Positions 39,800 to 50,515 of a DNA stretch of 64,000 bases are shown here, piece after piece. Made by a program: the position numbers and the translations under genes. Position 1 is the first letter of the stretch; each line of letters starts with the position of its first letter. Under the pieces are notes generated by a model. The model ran no database searches. It saw only the letters and a program-made list of their open reading frames with translations, and had not been told where the DNA came from. The stretch is from Candidatus Dormiibacterota bacterium (GTDB lineage Bacteria > Chloroflexota > Dormibacteria > Aeolococcales > Aeolococcaceae), in NCBI GenBank assembly GCA_963819095.1, contig CAWFUO010000006.1, positions 1,280,002 to 1,344,001 on the forward strand. Direction: 5' to 3'.

Positions 39800-40117
39800 C
39801 TACGCCGACGCCTCGCCGAGCTCGCGGAGGCGCTGATACGTATAGATCCCGGTGTTGTGCCCGTCGGCCCAGACGGTGTTCAGACCATAGGCGCCGACCA
39901 GCGAGATGTCGGCCAGCTCGTCCTCACCGGGGTGGAGCTCCGGGTCCGAGCTGAAGCGACCGCGATAGCCGGGTTCGCCCTTGCAGGCTGCGCAAGGACA
40001 GGCCCGACGGAGCACCGCGAACGGGATGTGCTGCGCGGCGCCGTCCGACCACTCGACGAGAAGCGACCGGTGCTTCTCGTCGTAGTCGAAGCGCACGGGT
40101 CGGAGGTCCACGGCCAC
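39800..40117 (-). CDS. DUF971 domain-containing protein
   Basis: LLVEWSDGAAQHIPFAVLRRACPCAAC...YGLNTVWADGHNTGIYTY, typical DUF971. Confidence 0.75.
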   Translation of the reverse strand: MAVDLRPVRFDYDEKHRSLLVEWSDGAAQHIPFAVLRRACPCAACKGEPGYRGRFSSDPELHPGEDELADISLVGAYGLNTVWADGHNTGIYTYQRLRELGEASA

Positions 40118-40137
40118 CGTGCGCGAACCGACGCCGC

Positions 40138-40464
40138 TTAGCGGAGCACCGACTGGAGCTTCATCGCCAGCCCCATGTCGCCCTTGATCTTGATCTTGCC
40201 GCTCATGAACGCCATGGTCCCGTCGAGCTTGCCGGTGGCCAGATCGACGAAATCCTCGGACTTCATGTTGATGGTGATGTTCGGGTTCTCGGGGGCACCC
40301 TCGCCGACATCAGCGCTGCCGTCCTTGATCGAGATGTGGTACTGACCGGGCGCCTCTCCGCTGAGGTCGAAGGCGTAGATGGCATTCATCCCAGCCGTCT
40401 TGGCGGGATCTGCGGCAATGCGGGAATTGATCTCGCTGAAGATTTCGGCCGGAGTGGACGGCAT
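40138..40464 (-). CDS. SCP2 sterol-binding domain protein
   Basis: ..KSEDFVDLATGKLDGTMAFMSGKIKIKGDMGLAMKLQ, the SCP2 C-terminal signature. Start set at MPSTPAE. Confidence 0.8.
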   Translation of the reverse strand: MPSTPAEIFSEINSRIAADPAKTAGMNAIYAFDLSGEAPGQYHISIKDGSADVGEGAPENPNITINMKSEDFVDLATGKLDGTMAFMSGKIKIKGDMGLAMKLQSVLR

Positions 40465-40656
40465 CGTTGGTACTCCCTTGCAATTGATCTGCGAATAGGC
40501 TGCTGCGCGTACGCCTCGATCCCAGTCTACCGACTGCAACAAGCCTGGACGCGACGCGCGTTTGACGCATGCGACCCTGAGAGTTGCCTGAGACGCCGCA
40601 GGGAATGCCCCATTCCCAGGTGAATTCTCAGGTCAGCTGCCGAGACTCGGCTGGCG

Positions 40657-42105
40657 ATGGGCAGCGCCAACGTCAAGCTCAACCGCCGGCAGGTCCTCGG
40701 CATCGCGGCCGGGGGCGTGGCCGGCGCCGTGGGTTTCCGGTACCTCACGCTGCAGATTCCCGGGGCGTCGCAACAGGTCGCATCCGCTGCCGGATCGGCC
40801 GGGGCATGGGCGAGCCCACTCTCGACATCGAGCGGAAGAGCCGCGCACCTGCTGCGCCGGGCGACCTTCGGCTACACCGCGGCTCAGCTGGACGCCGCCG
40901 CCGGGATGGCATACCCGGACCTCGTCGACATGGTCATCAACCAGGCACCCGCGGCGTTGCCGGCTATCGACACACCGACCGATCACCAGGCGGTGGTTCG
41001 TACCTGGTATCGGCACATGGCGACGACGCCGGCGCAGTTCCCGGAGCGGATGGTTCTCTTCTGGCACGGGCTGCTCACGAGCGACTATCGGAAAGCCGCG
41101 CGCCTGCCCTTCGTGCTTCAGCAGAACGAGCTGTACCGCACGATCGGGCGAAGCGATTTCCGCACGCTGATCAATGCGGTCACGTACGACCCGTTGATGA
41201 TTCGCTACCTCGACCTCGAGGAGAGCACCGCAGCCGCCCCCAACGAGAACTACAGCCGCGAGCTCATGGAGCTGTTCACCCTCGGCGTCGGGACGTACAC
41301 CGAGACCGACGTGCGCGAGGGCGCCCGCGCGTTCTCCGGGATTCGCACCGTGCTCGTCGACGCGAACGGCCGGCGCATGCAACCACCCAAGCTCAAGGGC
41401 TCGACGCCCGCGGCGTACGCGCAGGCGGTCGACCAACTGCTCGCCCAGGGCGCGACCTTCAAAGGAGTGCTCGCGCCGAACCAGCACGACAGCGGGAGCA
41501 AAACGTTCCTCGGCCACACGGGCAACCTGGATCCAACCCAGGCTCTCGACATCATCCTGTCGCGACCGTCATGCGCGCCGCACATCGCCCGCAGCGCGCT
41601 GGTGCAGTTCTGCACGCCGAATCCGCCCGCCTCGCTGATCGACAGCGTGGCAACCGACTTCCGCGCCAGCAATTTTGACATCAAGACGCTGATGCGATCC
41701 ATCTTCACCAGTGACGCGTTCACATCCGCCGGCGCATACCGCTCATTGGTGCGCGGTCCCGCCGAGTTCATGGTCGCCACCATGCGCGCGCTGAACAGGC
41801 CCGACCTCGCGGCGACGTGCGAGCAGTCCGGGGCGGGCATGGATCAAATCCTCTACGACATGCCGACGGTTGCAGGCTGGCCGTCCAACCAGGGCTGGGT
41901 CTCGTCGGGAGGTTGGCTGGCGCGTCTGAACTTCGTGGCAACAACCGTCGCCACGCAACGCAGCTTCCCGGATCCGGTCGACGCCGTACACCTGCATCTC
42001 GACGGAGTCGTGGGGCCCGACACGGCCGCCGTCTTCAACGCGACCCAGGGAAACGGCGATCGTTGGTATGCGCTGCTCGCAAGCCCGGAATTCCAGCTCA
42101 AGTGA
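40657..42105 (+). CDS. DUF1800 domain-containing protein
   Basis: HLLRRATFGYTAAQLD.., LFWHGLLTS.., ENYSRELMELFTLGVG.YTE.DV. Paired with a DUF1501 gene downstream. Confidence 0.8.
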   Translation: MGSANVKLNRRQVLGIAAGGVAGAVGFRYLTLQIPGASQQVASAAGSAGAWASPLSTSSGRAAHLLRRATFGYTAAQLDAAAGMAYPDLVDMVINQAPAALPAIDTPTDHQAVVRTWYRHMATTPAQFPERMVLFWHGLLTSDYRKAARLPFVLQQNELYRTIGRSDFRTLINAVTYDPLMIRYLDLEESTAAAPNENYSRELMELFTLGVGTYTETDVREGARAFSGIRTVLVDANGRRMQPPKLKGSTPAAYAQAVDQLLAQGATFKGVLAPNQHDSGSKTFLGHTGNLDPTQALDIILSRPSCAPHIARSALVQFCTPNPPASLIDSVATDFRASNFDIKTLMRSIFTSDAFTSAGAYRSLVRGPAEFMVATMRALNRPDLAATCEQSGAGMDQILYDMPTVAGWPSNQGWVSSGGWLARLNFVATTVATQRSFPDPVDAVHLHLDGVVGPDTAAVFNATQGNGDRWYALLASPEFQLK

Positions 42106-42115
42106 GCCAGACGAG

Positions 42116-43352
42116 ATGATCACCCGACGCGACTTCATGGTGAGCGGCATCACCGCAACCGGTGTCGGCATCATCGTGCCGCCGGTCTTCGCCCAATCCG
42201 TGTTCGCGGCGACGATGGACGACATCCACAACGACCATGTGCTGGTCATCCTTCAGCTCGGCGGTGGCAACGACGGGCTCAACACCGTCGTGCCGTACAC
42301 CGACCCGGCCTACCTTCAGGCTCGCCCGACGATCGGGATCCCGGCTGACAAGGTGCTCCCGCTCACTGCAGAGATCGGCCTCAACCCGGTGATGCCCGGC
42401 ATCAAGAAGCTCTTCGACGCCGGCGAGGTGGCGCTGGTGCAGGGCGTCGGATACCCAAACCCCGTGTACTCGCACTTCGAAGGTCTGTACATCTGGGAAC
42501 ACGCGGATCCCACCATGGAGCAGACCGACGGATGGCTCGGCAAGCTGCTTGCGAGTCCAGCTCGACGGACAGGGTCATCCACTCACCGGATGCGCTCTTG
42601 GACAGACGAGCACTCCACCCGAGTTGATTGCCCCGAACGCAACAGTGAGTGTCATCGAATCGATCCCCTCCTACCAGGTGGACGGCGGCGACGGCCGCCG
42701 CGTCGCAGCACCCGCGCTCTACAAACGGACGCCCGGCATCTACGGCGCGCTGTTCGACGAAGCGCTGACGACTGCGGAATATGGGATCGCCGCCCTGGCG
42801 GACTCGCAAACCCGATACACGCCGTCGGTCACGTACACGCCGGAGAGCACCGTCCACGGCAGCAAGAACAGCCTGGCCACATCGTTGCAGCTGACAGCGG
42901 AGATGATCGTCACCCAGCCGAGCGTCAAGATCTGCCACGTCGTGCTGGGCGGCTTCGACACCCACCAGGATGAGGACACGCGCCAGAACGCACTGCTCGC
43001 CTATGTCGACAACGCGGTGAGCGCATTCATGCAGGACATCTCCAACCACGGGATGGCCGACCGCGTGGTGCTCATGACGTGGTCGGAGTTCGGCCGGCGC
43101 GTCGTCGAGAACGGCGGCAATGGCACCGACCACGGTGCTGCCGCGCCGATCTTCGTTGTGGGCACGCCGGTCAGGGGCGGCGTCTTCGGCGAGCAACCGT
43201 CACTCACCAGCACCGTCGACTCCGGAAACCTCAAGTACAACGTCGACTTTCGCAGCGTCTATCAGACGCTCATCCGGGACTGGCTGCAGGCCGATCCGAC
43301 CTCCGTGCTCGGCGCGTCATTCCCCGAGCTGCCGATCATTCAGACGGCGTAA
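42116..43352 (+). CDS. DUF1501 (sulfatase-like) domain protein with Tat signal; apparent single frameshift at ~42.55 kb
   Basis: MITRRDFMVSG (twin-Arg), LVILQLGGGNDGLNTVVP.., then in a second frame GGFDTHQDE.., WSEFGRR..ENGGNGTDHG. Length is 3n+1. Confidence 0.8.
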
Positions 43353-43541
43353 TCGTGCCCTCAGCAATCACACCCTCAAGCTCGCCGGCGGGATCGGCGC
43401 CGTCGCGGTGTGCGGCATGAGTGGCCCACTGATGGCCGATCCTGGGCGGCCGGCGGCGCTCGCGTTACTTCGGCTCGCAGGCGGACGGATCACCTGCGAA
43501 CCGCCTGTGTAGTCCTTTCTTAAGGCGGGTACACTCGCTGC

Positions 43542-44000
43542 ATGTTGACGTGGATGTGGGTCATCTGGTTGCTTGCGGGCCTGGTGCTCGTGGGCCTCGA
43601 GGTTCACACTCAGGCGTTCTACTCGCTCTTCCTTGCGCTGGGTGCATTCGCCGCGACGGTCGTGGCCCTGTTCCCAACTGAGGTGTGGGTGCAGGCAGTC
43701 GTCGGGGCCGCGGTCGCGATCGTCGGCACGCTGGCCGTCCGGCCGACGCTCGCCCGACTCTCGGCGCGCCATCTCGGCCCGAAGTTGGCCATGCCCGGTG
43801 CGTCTGACAACCTGGTTGGTCAGGCCGCCCTGACGCTCGAAGCGGTCGGCGACGAAAATCACCCCGGGCACGCCCGGCTGTTCAATGAAAAGTGGCTGGC
43901 GTTCACCACCAACCCGGGTGGCGTGCCGGCGCATCAGCAGGTTACCGTCGTCGAAGTGCGCGGCACCACCCTTGTGGTCGCGCCCCCCAAGGGAGGCTGA
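43542..44000 (+). CDS. NfeD family membrane protein
   Basis: Two or three N-terminal TM helices plus a C-terminal OB-like domain (GQAALTLEAVGDENHPGHARLFNEKW). Immediately upstream of an SPFH gene. Confidence 0.75.
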   Translation: MLTWMWVIWLLAGLVLVGLEVHTQAFYSLFLALGAFAATVVALFPTEVWVQAVVGAAVAIVGTLAVRPTLARLSARHLGPKLAMPGASDNLVGQAALTLEAVGDENHPGHARLFNEKWLAFTTNPGGVPAHQQVTVVEVRGTTLVVAPPKGG

Positions 44001-44004
44001 CTCA

Positions 44005-44970
44005 GTGGATAACACCGGTCTGGTCACGGCGATCATCGTCGTCGTCCTGCTCGTCGTGGTCGCGATTCTCATCGGCGGCGCCGTGCGCGTCGTGCCGCAG
44101 GGATTCGCCGGAGTGGTCACCCGTTTTGGACGTTTTCGTCGGGAATCACAAGCCGGTTTGACCATCATCACCCCATTCATCGACAAGCTCCTCCGTGTCG
44201 ACATGCGCGAGACGCCGCGTACCGGCGACCGCCAGGACGTGATCACTCGCGACAACGTGGCCGTCGCGGTCAACGCGACGATCTTCAGCCAGGTCATCGA
44301 GCCGCGGGCGGCGCTGTTCAACGTTTCGGACTATCTTGTCGCGATCGATCAGCAGGCCCGAACCACGCTCCGTAATGCCTTCGGCAATGTGAGCCTCGAC
44401 GAGGCGCTGTCCTCCCGCGAGCAGATCAACGCCGCGATGCAGCAGCAGATGGAGCAGGTGACGGACAAGTGGGGCATCCGGATCAACCGCATCGAGATCG
44501 TTGACATCTCGCCGCCGGTGCAGATCCTCCAGGCCATGGCCCTGCAGAAGCAGGCGGACCAGGAGAAGCGTGCGCGAATCCTCCAATCGGAAGGGCAGCA
44601 GCAGTCGGCGGTCAACATCGCCGACGGCAACCGGCAGGCAGCGATCAAGCAGGCGGAAGGCGAGCGGCAGGCAGCCATCCTTCGAGCCGAAGGCAACCGG
44701 CAGGCGGCGATCCTCGAGGCAGAGGGCCGCGCCCAGGCCATCTCCACCGTGTACGGATCGATCAAGGCGGCGCAGCCTGATCCGACGCTGGTCGCGATCC
44801 TCCAGCTCGACACGCTGACGAAGTTCGCCGAGAGCCCCAACGCCAAGCTGGTGGTTCCGGCAGAGACCTCCGGCCTGCTCGGTGCGGCGCAGGTGCTCCG
44901 CAGCGTGCTCGGTGATGCGCCTGGGCTCGAGCCCCCGACGGTCGTCACCGTGCCGCCGTCCACCAGCTGA
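44005..44970 (+). CDS. SPFH/Band 7 (stomatin-like) protein
   Basis: GTG start after GGGAGG. VRVVPQGFAGVVTRFGRF..., ..TRDNVAVAVNA.., and a coiled A/Q-rich tail (QAAIKQAEGERQAAILRAEGNRQAAILEAEG). Confidence 0.85.
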   Translation: MDNTGLVTAIIVVVLLVVVAILIGGAVRVVPQGFAGVVTRFGRFRRESQAGLTIITPFIDKLLRVDMRETPRTGDRQDVITRDNVAVAVNATIFSQVIEPRAALFNVSDYLVAIDQQARTTLRNAFGNVSLDEALSSREQINAAMQQQMEQVTDKWGIRINRIEIVDISPPVQILQAMALQKQADQEKRARILQSEGQQQSAVNIADGNRQAAIKQAEGERQAAILRAEGNRQAAILEAEGRAQAISTVYGSIKAAQPDPTLVAILQLDTLTKFAESPNAKLVVPAETSGLLGAAQVLRSVLGDAPGLEPPTVVTVPPSTS

Positions 44971-45075
44971 GCGGACCTCCTCCGGTGGCCGGGCAGAGCT
45001 CACTCTTCGGCGTCGACCCGGTCGGCCCCGCAGAAGTCATCCGGCGCGGGTTCGCACGCGCCGCTGGCGACGCGG

Positions 45076-46353
45076 ATGCGTCCCCGAACGTTTGACGAGT
45101 TCGTCGGCCAGCATCGCGCCATCGGTGCGGGAACAGTCCTGCGCAGGGCTATCGATGCGGGCGAGGTGCCGTCGCTCATCCTCTGGGGTCCACCTGGCAG
45201 CGGCAAGACAACCCTCGCCGCGCTGATCGCCGGCGCGAGCAACGCGACCTTCGAAGCGGTCAGTGCCACGAGCGCCGGGGTAGCCGATCTGCGCAAGGTG
45301 GTGGAGCGTGCGCACGAGCGTCTGCGTACAGGAAGACGGACCGTGCTCTTCATCGATGAGATCCACCGTTTCAACAAGGGTCAGCAGGACGCGGTGCTCC
45401 CGCACGTCGAGAACGCGACGGTCACCCTCCTCGGCGCGACCACCGAGAACCCATCGTTCGAGGTGAACGCGGCGCTGCTGTCGAGAAGTCGCGTGATCCG
45501 GCTCGAGGCGCTCGAAGCCGGCGACCTGCGCAACCTCCTCGAACGCGCGCTCACGGATACCGAACGTGGCCTCGGCAATCAGCATGTCGCCGTCGACGCC
45601 GAAGCGATCGAGCGGGTCGTGGCCCTCTGCGGCGGCGACGCGCGCATCGCGCTCAACTCTCTCGAGCTCGCCGTGCAGGCAGCCGCGCCGGATGCATCCG
45701 GCGCGGTGTGCGTCACGGTCGCGGACATCGAGGGCGCGCTGCAGAATCCTGCGTTGCTCTATGACCGCGCCGGCGATCAGCACTACTGGCTGATCTCCGC
45801 GTTCATCAAGTCGGTACGCGGCAGCGATCCCGACGCTGCCGTGTACTGGCTCGCCCGCATGCTCGAGGCCGGTGAGGATCCGCTCTTCGTCGCCAGGCGG
45901 ATGGTGATCCTGGCCGCCGAGGACATCGGGCTCGCCGATCCGTACGCGCTGAGCGTCGCAGTCGCGGCGCAGCAGGCGGCGCACTTCATCGGCATGCCCG
46001 AAGGCTTCCTTCCGCTCACCGAGGCGGCGCTCTACCTCGCCGCCGCTCCGAAGAGCAACAGCGTGCTGCGCGCCTACGTTGCGGCGTCGGCCGAGGTGGC
46101 CGAGACGCTCCACCAGCCGGTGCCGCTGCATCTGCGCAATGCCTCGAGCGGCCTTGGCCGTGCGATGGGCTTTGGCACCGGCTATCGGTATGCCCACGAC
46201 CACGAGGGCGGGGTGGTGGAGCAGGAGCACCTGCCGGAGGCTCTCGCCGGGCATCGGTACTACGACCCTTCGGACCACGGCGCTGAGAAAGAGGTCGCGC
46301 AACGCCTCGGCTCGAATCGGGAAAGCCTCGAGGAGCGCCGGAAGGGGTCTTAA
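45076..46353 (+). CDS. rarA: replication-associated recombination protein A (AAA+ ATPase)
   Basis: MRPRTFDEFVGQ, Walker A GPPGSGKTT, FIDEIHRFNK, ...MLEAGEDPLF. A plausible N-terminal extension (GTG 44985, ..SSLFGVDP..) is only reachable through one more frameshift. Confidence 0.9.
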   Translation: MRPRTFDEFVGQHRAIGAGTVLRRAIDAGEVPSLILWGPPGSGKTTLAALIAGASNATFEAVSATSAGVADLRKVVERAHERLRTGRRTVLFIDEIHRFNKGQQDAVLPHVENATVTLLGATTENPSFEVNAALLSRSRVIRLEALEAGDLRNLLERALTDTERGLGNQHVAVDAEAIERVVALCGGDARIALNSLELAVQAAAPDASGAVCVTVADIEGALQNPALLYDRAGDQHYWLISAFIKSVRGSDPDAAVYWLARMLEAGEDPLFVARRMVILAAEDIGLADPYALSVAVAAQQAAHFIGMPEGFLPLTEAALYLAAAPKSNSVLRAYVAASAEVAETLHQPVPLHLRNASSGLGRAMGFGTGYRYAHDHEGGVVEQEHLPEALAGHRYYDPSDHGAEKEVAQRLGSNRESLEERRKGS

Positions 46354-46591
46354 GACGATCGGCCTAGCGGCACCGAGACGCCCGCGGGCTGACTATCGTC
46401 GCGACGGGAATTCACCTCTTTCGAAACGCAAGTCCCCCTGATAGGCGGGCGGGCGCCGACCCAGTTCAGTGGTTTACCCTCGCGGGCTCCCCCTCCCCGC
46501 GGCACCGGGTGTATCGCGGTTCTGCTGGGTCGGTGCCACCGCCGACTTCTTTCTCCAATACGCGAGATATCGGTTAGGCTGGGCTACGACT

Positions 46592-47233
46592 GTGGACGCT
46601 ACGCATCCCACTCCCATACGAGTGCTCATTGTCGATGACCACCCGTTGGTGAGACGAGGGCTGACGTCCCTCCTCAACGGGACCACCGACATCAAGGTTG
46701 TCGGCGCCGCCTCGGACGGCGAGGAGGCGGTTGCCTATGCCGTCGAGGAGCATCCGGACATCGTGCTCATGGACATCTCCATGCCCGGGATGAACGGTTT
46801 CGAGGCGCTCCGCCGCATGCTCAAGGCGGTGGCCGGCACCAAGGTGGTGATGCTCACCTCGTATTCCGAGCACGACATGGTGGTCGAAGCCATCGACAAC
46901 GGTGCGGTCGGCTTTCTGCTCAAGGACACCGAGCCGCAGGAGCTCCTCAACGGCATTCGCTCGGCGGCGAAGGGAGACACGCCGCTCTCACCCAAGGCCG
47001 CGAAGGAGTTGCTGCGCGACCGCATCAAGCGCCGTCCGCTCGACGACCTGACCCAGCGTGAGCTCGACGTCCTCACCCTGGTCGGGCGCGGCATGAGCAA
47101 CAAGCAGATCGCCTGGCGATTGGGAATCAGCGAGAAGACGGTCAAGGCGCACCTCGGCTCGGTCTTCGATCGGCTCGGCGTCGAGGATCGCGTGCAGGCG
47201 GCGCTCTGGGCGCAGCGCCACGGGATCATCTAG
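46592..47233 (+). CDS. NarL/FixJ-type response regulator (REC + LuxR HTH); no adjacent histidine kinase
   Basis: RVLIVDDHPLVR..., DIVLMDISMPGMNG, LTQRELDVLTLVGRGMSNKQIAWRLGISEKTVKAH. The GTG start at 46592 is preferred over 46469. Confidence 0.85.
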   Translation: MDATHPTPIRVLIVDDHPLVRRGLTSLLNGTTDIKVVGAASDGEEAVAYAVEEHPDIVLMDISMPGMNGFEALRRMLKAVAGTKVVMLTSYSEHDMVVEAIDNGAVGFLLKDTEPQELLNGIRSAAKGDTPLSPKAAKELLRDRIKRRPLDDLTQRELDVLTLVGRGMSNKQIAWRLGISEKTVKAHLGSVFDRLGVEDRVQAALWAQRHGII

Positions 47234-47261
47234 GCGGGATTTCGCCGTTCGGGCGGGTGAC

Positions 47262-48494
47262 CTAATCCGGGGTCGCGGCGACCACGATGGCGCGGCTGAA
47301 CGCAGCAACCGTCTGCTCGAGGTCGGCGATCGTGTGCACAGACGAGCAGAACGCGCTCGTGTTGAGGATGTCGACTCCCTCGGCGCGCATGGCATTGGCG
47401 AAGCGCGCGTGCGCTCGAGGATCGCCGAGAAAGATGTGCAGGATGCTCGACAGCCGCCGGATGCTGCCGGGGATGCCGGCCGCGTCGAGCGCAGCGGTCC
47501 ACTCGCCGGCGAGGGTCATCGCGTACTCCTCAGCCGTACGCCCGGGAGCGCCGTCGGCCACCAGGCGGAGGGTCGCGATACCTGCGGCGGCGCTGAGCGG
47601 GTTGGCGTTGAACGTGCCCGGATGGGCGATGGTGGTCGCCAGCAGCTCGAGCAGATCGGTCCGCCCCGCGACGGCACCCGACGGCAGGCCCCCCGCCATC
47701 ACCTTGCCGAGCACGCTGACGTCGGGCGTGATGCCGAGCACCGCCTGCATGCCGCCGGGGGAGACGCGGAAGCCGGTCACCACCTCGTCGAAGATCAGCA
47801 CCGTGCCCGCCGCCGTGCATGCCGCGCGGGCGGCGGCGATGAACGAGGGGTCGAGTGGCAGCTGACCGTAGTGGGCCCCTGAAGCCTCCAGGATCACGGC
47901 GGCCACGTCACCGCGGGCGACGGTTGCCACGAGGTCTGCCGGATCGTCGGTACGGACAACGATGGTGAGCAGACCGAGCGCTTCGGGGACGCCGATCGGC
48001 GTCCGCGTATTGCCTTCGGCGTCCAGATACGGGCTCACGGCGTCGGACCACCCGTGGAAGTGATCCTGGAGCTTGACGATGCGATCGCGTCCCGTCGCCG
48101 CCCGGGCCACCCGGATGGCGAGCATCACCGCCTCGGTACCGGATGCCGTGAATCGAACCTTCTCGGCCGACGGGATGAGCGACACGATCCGCTCCGCCCA
48201 CTCGACCTCGAGCGGATGGGCCGCGCCGTAATGGGTCCCGCGTGCCACCTGCTCCTGCACCGCCGCTACCACGGCAGGGTGCGCGTGCCCGAGGAGCAGT
48301 GCACCGTGACCCATCGTGTAGTCGATCAGCTCCGTACCGTCGATGAGCCACTTCCTCGACCCGCTCGACCGCGCCACGTAGATGCGCGGATCGTAGGTGC
48401 GCGATGCATGCGTGGCGCCGCCGGGGAGGACCTGACGCGCCCGCTCCGCCAGATCGGCATGAGCGCGCGTGTGGACAGCGTCGGTCACGGACAC
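47262..48494 (-). CDS. class III aminotransferase (glutamate-1-semialdehyde aminomutase-like)
   Basis: LIDYTMGHGALLLGHAHP.., RFTASGTEAVMLAIRVAR.., IFDEVVTGFR. Confidence 0.8.
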   Translation of the reverse strand: MSVTDAVHTRAHADLAERARQVLPGGATHASRTYDPRIYVARSSGSRKWLIDGTELIDYTMGHGALLLGHAHPAVVAAVQEQVARGTHYGAAHPLEVEWAERIVSLIPSAEKVRFTASGTEAVMLAIRVARAATGRDRIVKLQDHFHGWSDAVSPYLDAEGNTRTPIGVPEALGLLTIVVRTDDPADLVATVARGDVAAVILEASGAHYGQLPLDPSFIAAARAACTAAGTVLIFDEVVTGFRVSPGGMQAVLGITPDVSVLGKVMAGGLPSGAVAGRTDLLELLATTIAHPGTFNANPLSAAAGIATLRLVADGAPGRTAEEYAMTLAGEWTAALDAAGIPGSIRRLSSILHIFLGDPRAHARFANAMRAEGVDILNTSAFCSSVHTIADLEQTVAAFSRAIVVAATPD

Positions 48495-48513
48495 GCCGAG
48501 AGCTTACCCGGCA

Positions 48514-48587
48514 TGGAGGCGACGGTGGGAATCGAACCCACGGTCAGGGTTTTGCAGACCCGTGCCTTACCACTTGGCTACGTCGCC
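48514..48587 (-). tRNA. tRNA-Cys (anticodon GCA)
   Basis: Reverse strand: GGCGACGTAGCCAAGTGGTAAGGCACGGGTCTGCAAAACCCTGACCGTGGGTTCGATTCCCACCGTCGCCTCCA. Cloverleaf foldable, anticodon loop CTGCAAA, encoded CCA. Confidence 0.85.
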
Positions 48588-49326
48588 TCGTAACCTGGAA
48601 TTCGACATTGTGGCCGAAGCGCCCACGCACGCAGTCACCGCGCACGAGCCGGCCGGGCGGAATACTCGCCCCGATCGCCCGTACCTCCGACGTGTCTCGA
48701 TATCCGGAGCACGAAGAGCGATTGCTCCATCCTGGTGCATACGCGTCCGACGTGGCGGGATCAGCCCCCGTGCAGTAGATGTCGTCCACGAGGAGCGCCC
48801 CGGTGCCGGTTGCGGTGACGACAAGATCGGTCATAAAGGTGTTCGGCCCTGCAGTGAGCAGCACATGCAAGACGCCCCCGGCAACCGAGGGATCAGCGCT
48901 GATCGACTCGGAATCGTACTCGGGATCCTGGCCACCACCCACCTGGTCAGGGCAACTGGGCACAACGCAGTCTGCCTTCAACTGGCTCGTGAGACGTGTT
49001 GTAAACGGACAGAGGCTGTACTGATCGCTGCTGCTCGGCGTGCTCCCCGTCATCCCGCCATCGCACGTCGTGTATCTGTTGTCATGAGCGGTGCAAATCG
49101 CGTCGTTGCAGGGCGGGAAGACCGCTGCGCCAACCGCTTGGAGTTGAGCAGCCGTTGCCGAAGGCGTGGGTGTGGCGGTCGACGCCGCGGTGGCCGATGG
49201 GGCGCTCGAGGTCGACACCGTCGATGTGACGGCGCTTGCCGCCCCGCACGCGGACGTGACAAGGGCAACCGCGACGATGGCAGCGGACGGCCACCCGACT
49301 CGCCGTGGCCACGTCATGGCGGTCAC
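48544..49326 (-). CDS. Cys-rich lipoprotein, function unknown; the 3' end as drawn overlaps tRNA-Cys
   Basis: Lipobox LVTSAC, a Ser/Thr/Ala-rich linker, then a Cys-rich domain. The last ~15 codons overlap the tRNA, so the true stop is doubtful. Confidence 0.5.
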   Translation of the reverse strand: MTAMTWPRRVGWPSAAIVAVALVTSACGAASAVTSTVSTSSAPSATAASTATPTPSATAAQLQAVGAAVFPPCNDAICTAHDNRYTTCDGGMTGSTPSSSDQYSLCPFTTRLTSQLKADCVVPSCPDQVGGGQDPEYDSESISADPSVAGGVLHVLLTAGPNTFMTDLVVTATGTGALLVDDIYCTGADPATSDAYAPGWSNRSSCSGYRDTSEVRAIGASIPPGRLVRGDCVRGRFGHNVEFQVTRRRSQVVRHGSAKP

Positions 49327-49400
49327 GGGGGACGAAAGTATCCCCGACTGGTGCGTGCTGTCAAAGAACCGTCGACTAAACTCGATGTGATGCGGAGACA

Positions 49401-50399
<999 letters not shown>

Positions 50400-50515
50400 A
50401 CCCGGTCGTGCGGCTCATTCCTTTTCCTGTCGGCCATCGTATGTGGGTCAACGCGCTCGCAGCGCGTCTCACCGTGGGTACGATTCGCTCCGCGGGGTTT
50501 TGACAGGAGGCGGCT

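Noticed and set aside
46354-46591. 238-nt gap between rarA and the response regulator as a possible ncRNA or riboswitch
   Set aside because: Only weak, non-specific pairings (GACGAT...ATCGTC). No motif I can assign to a known RNA family.
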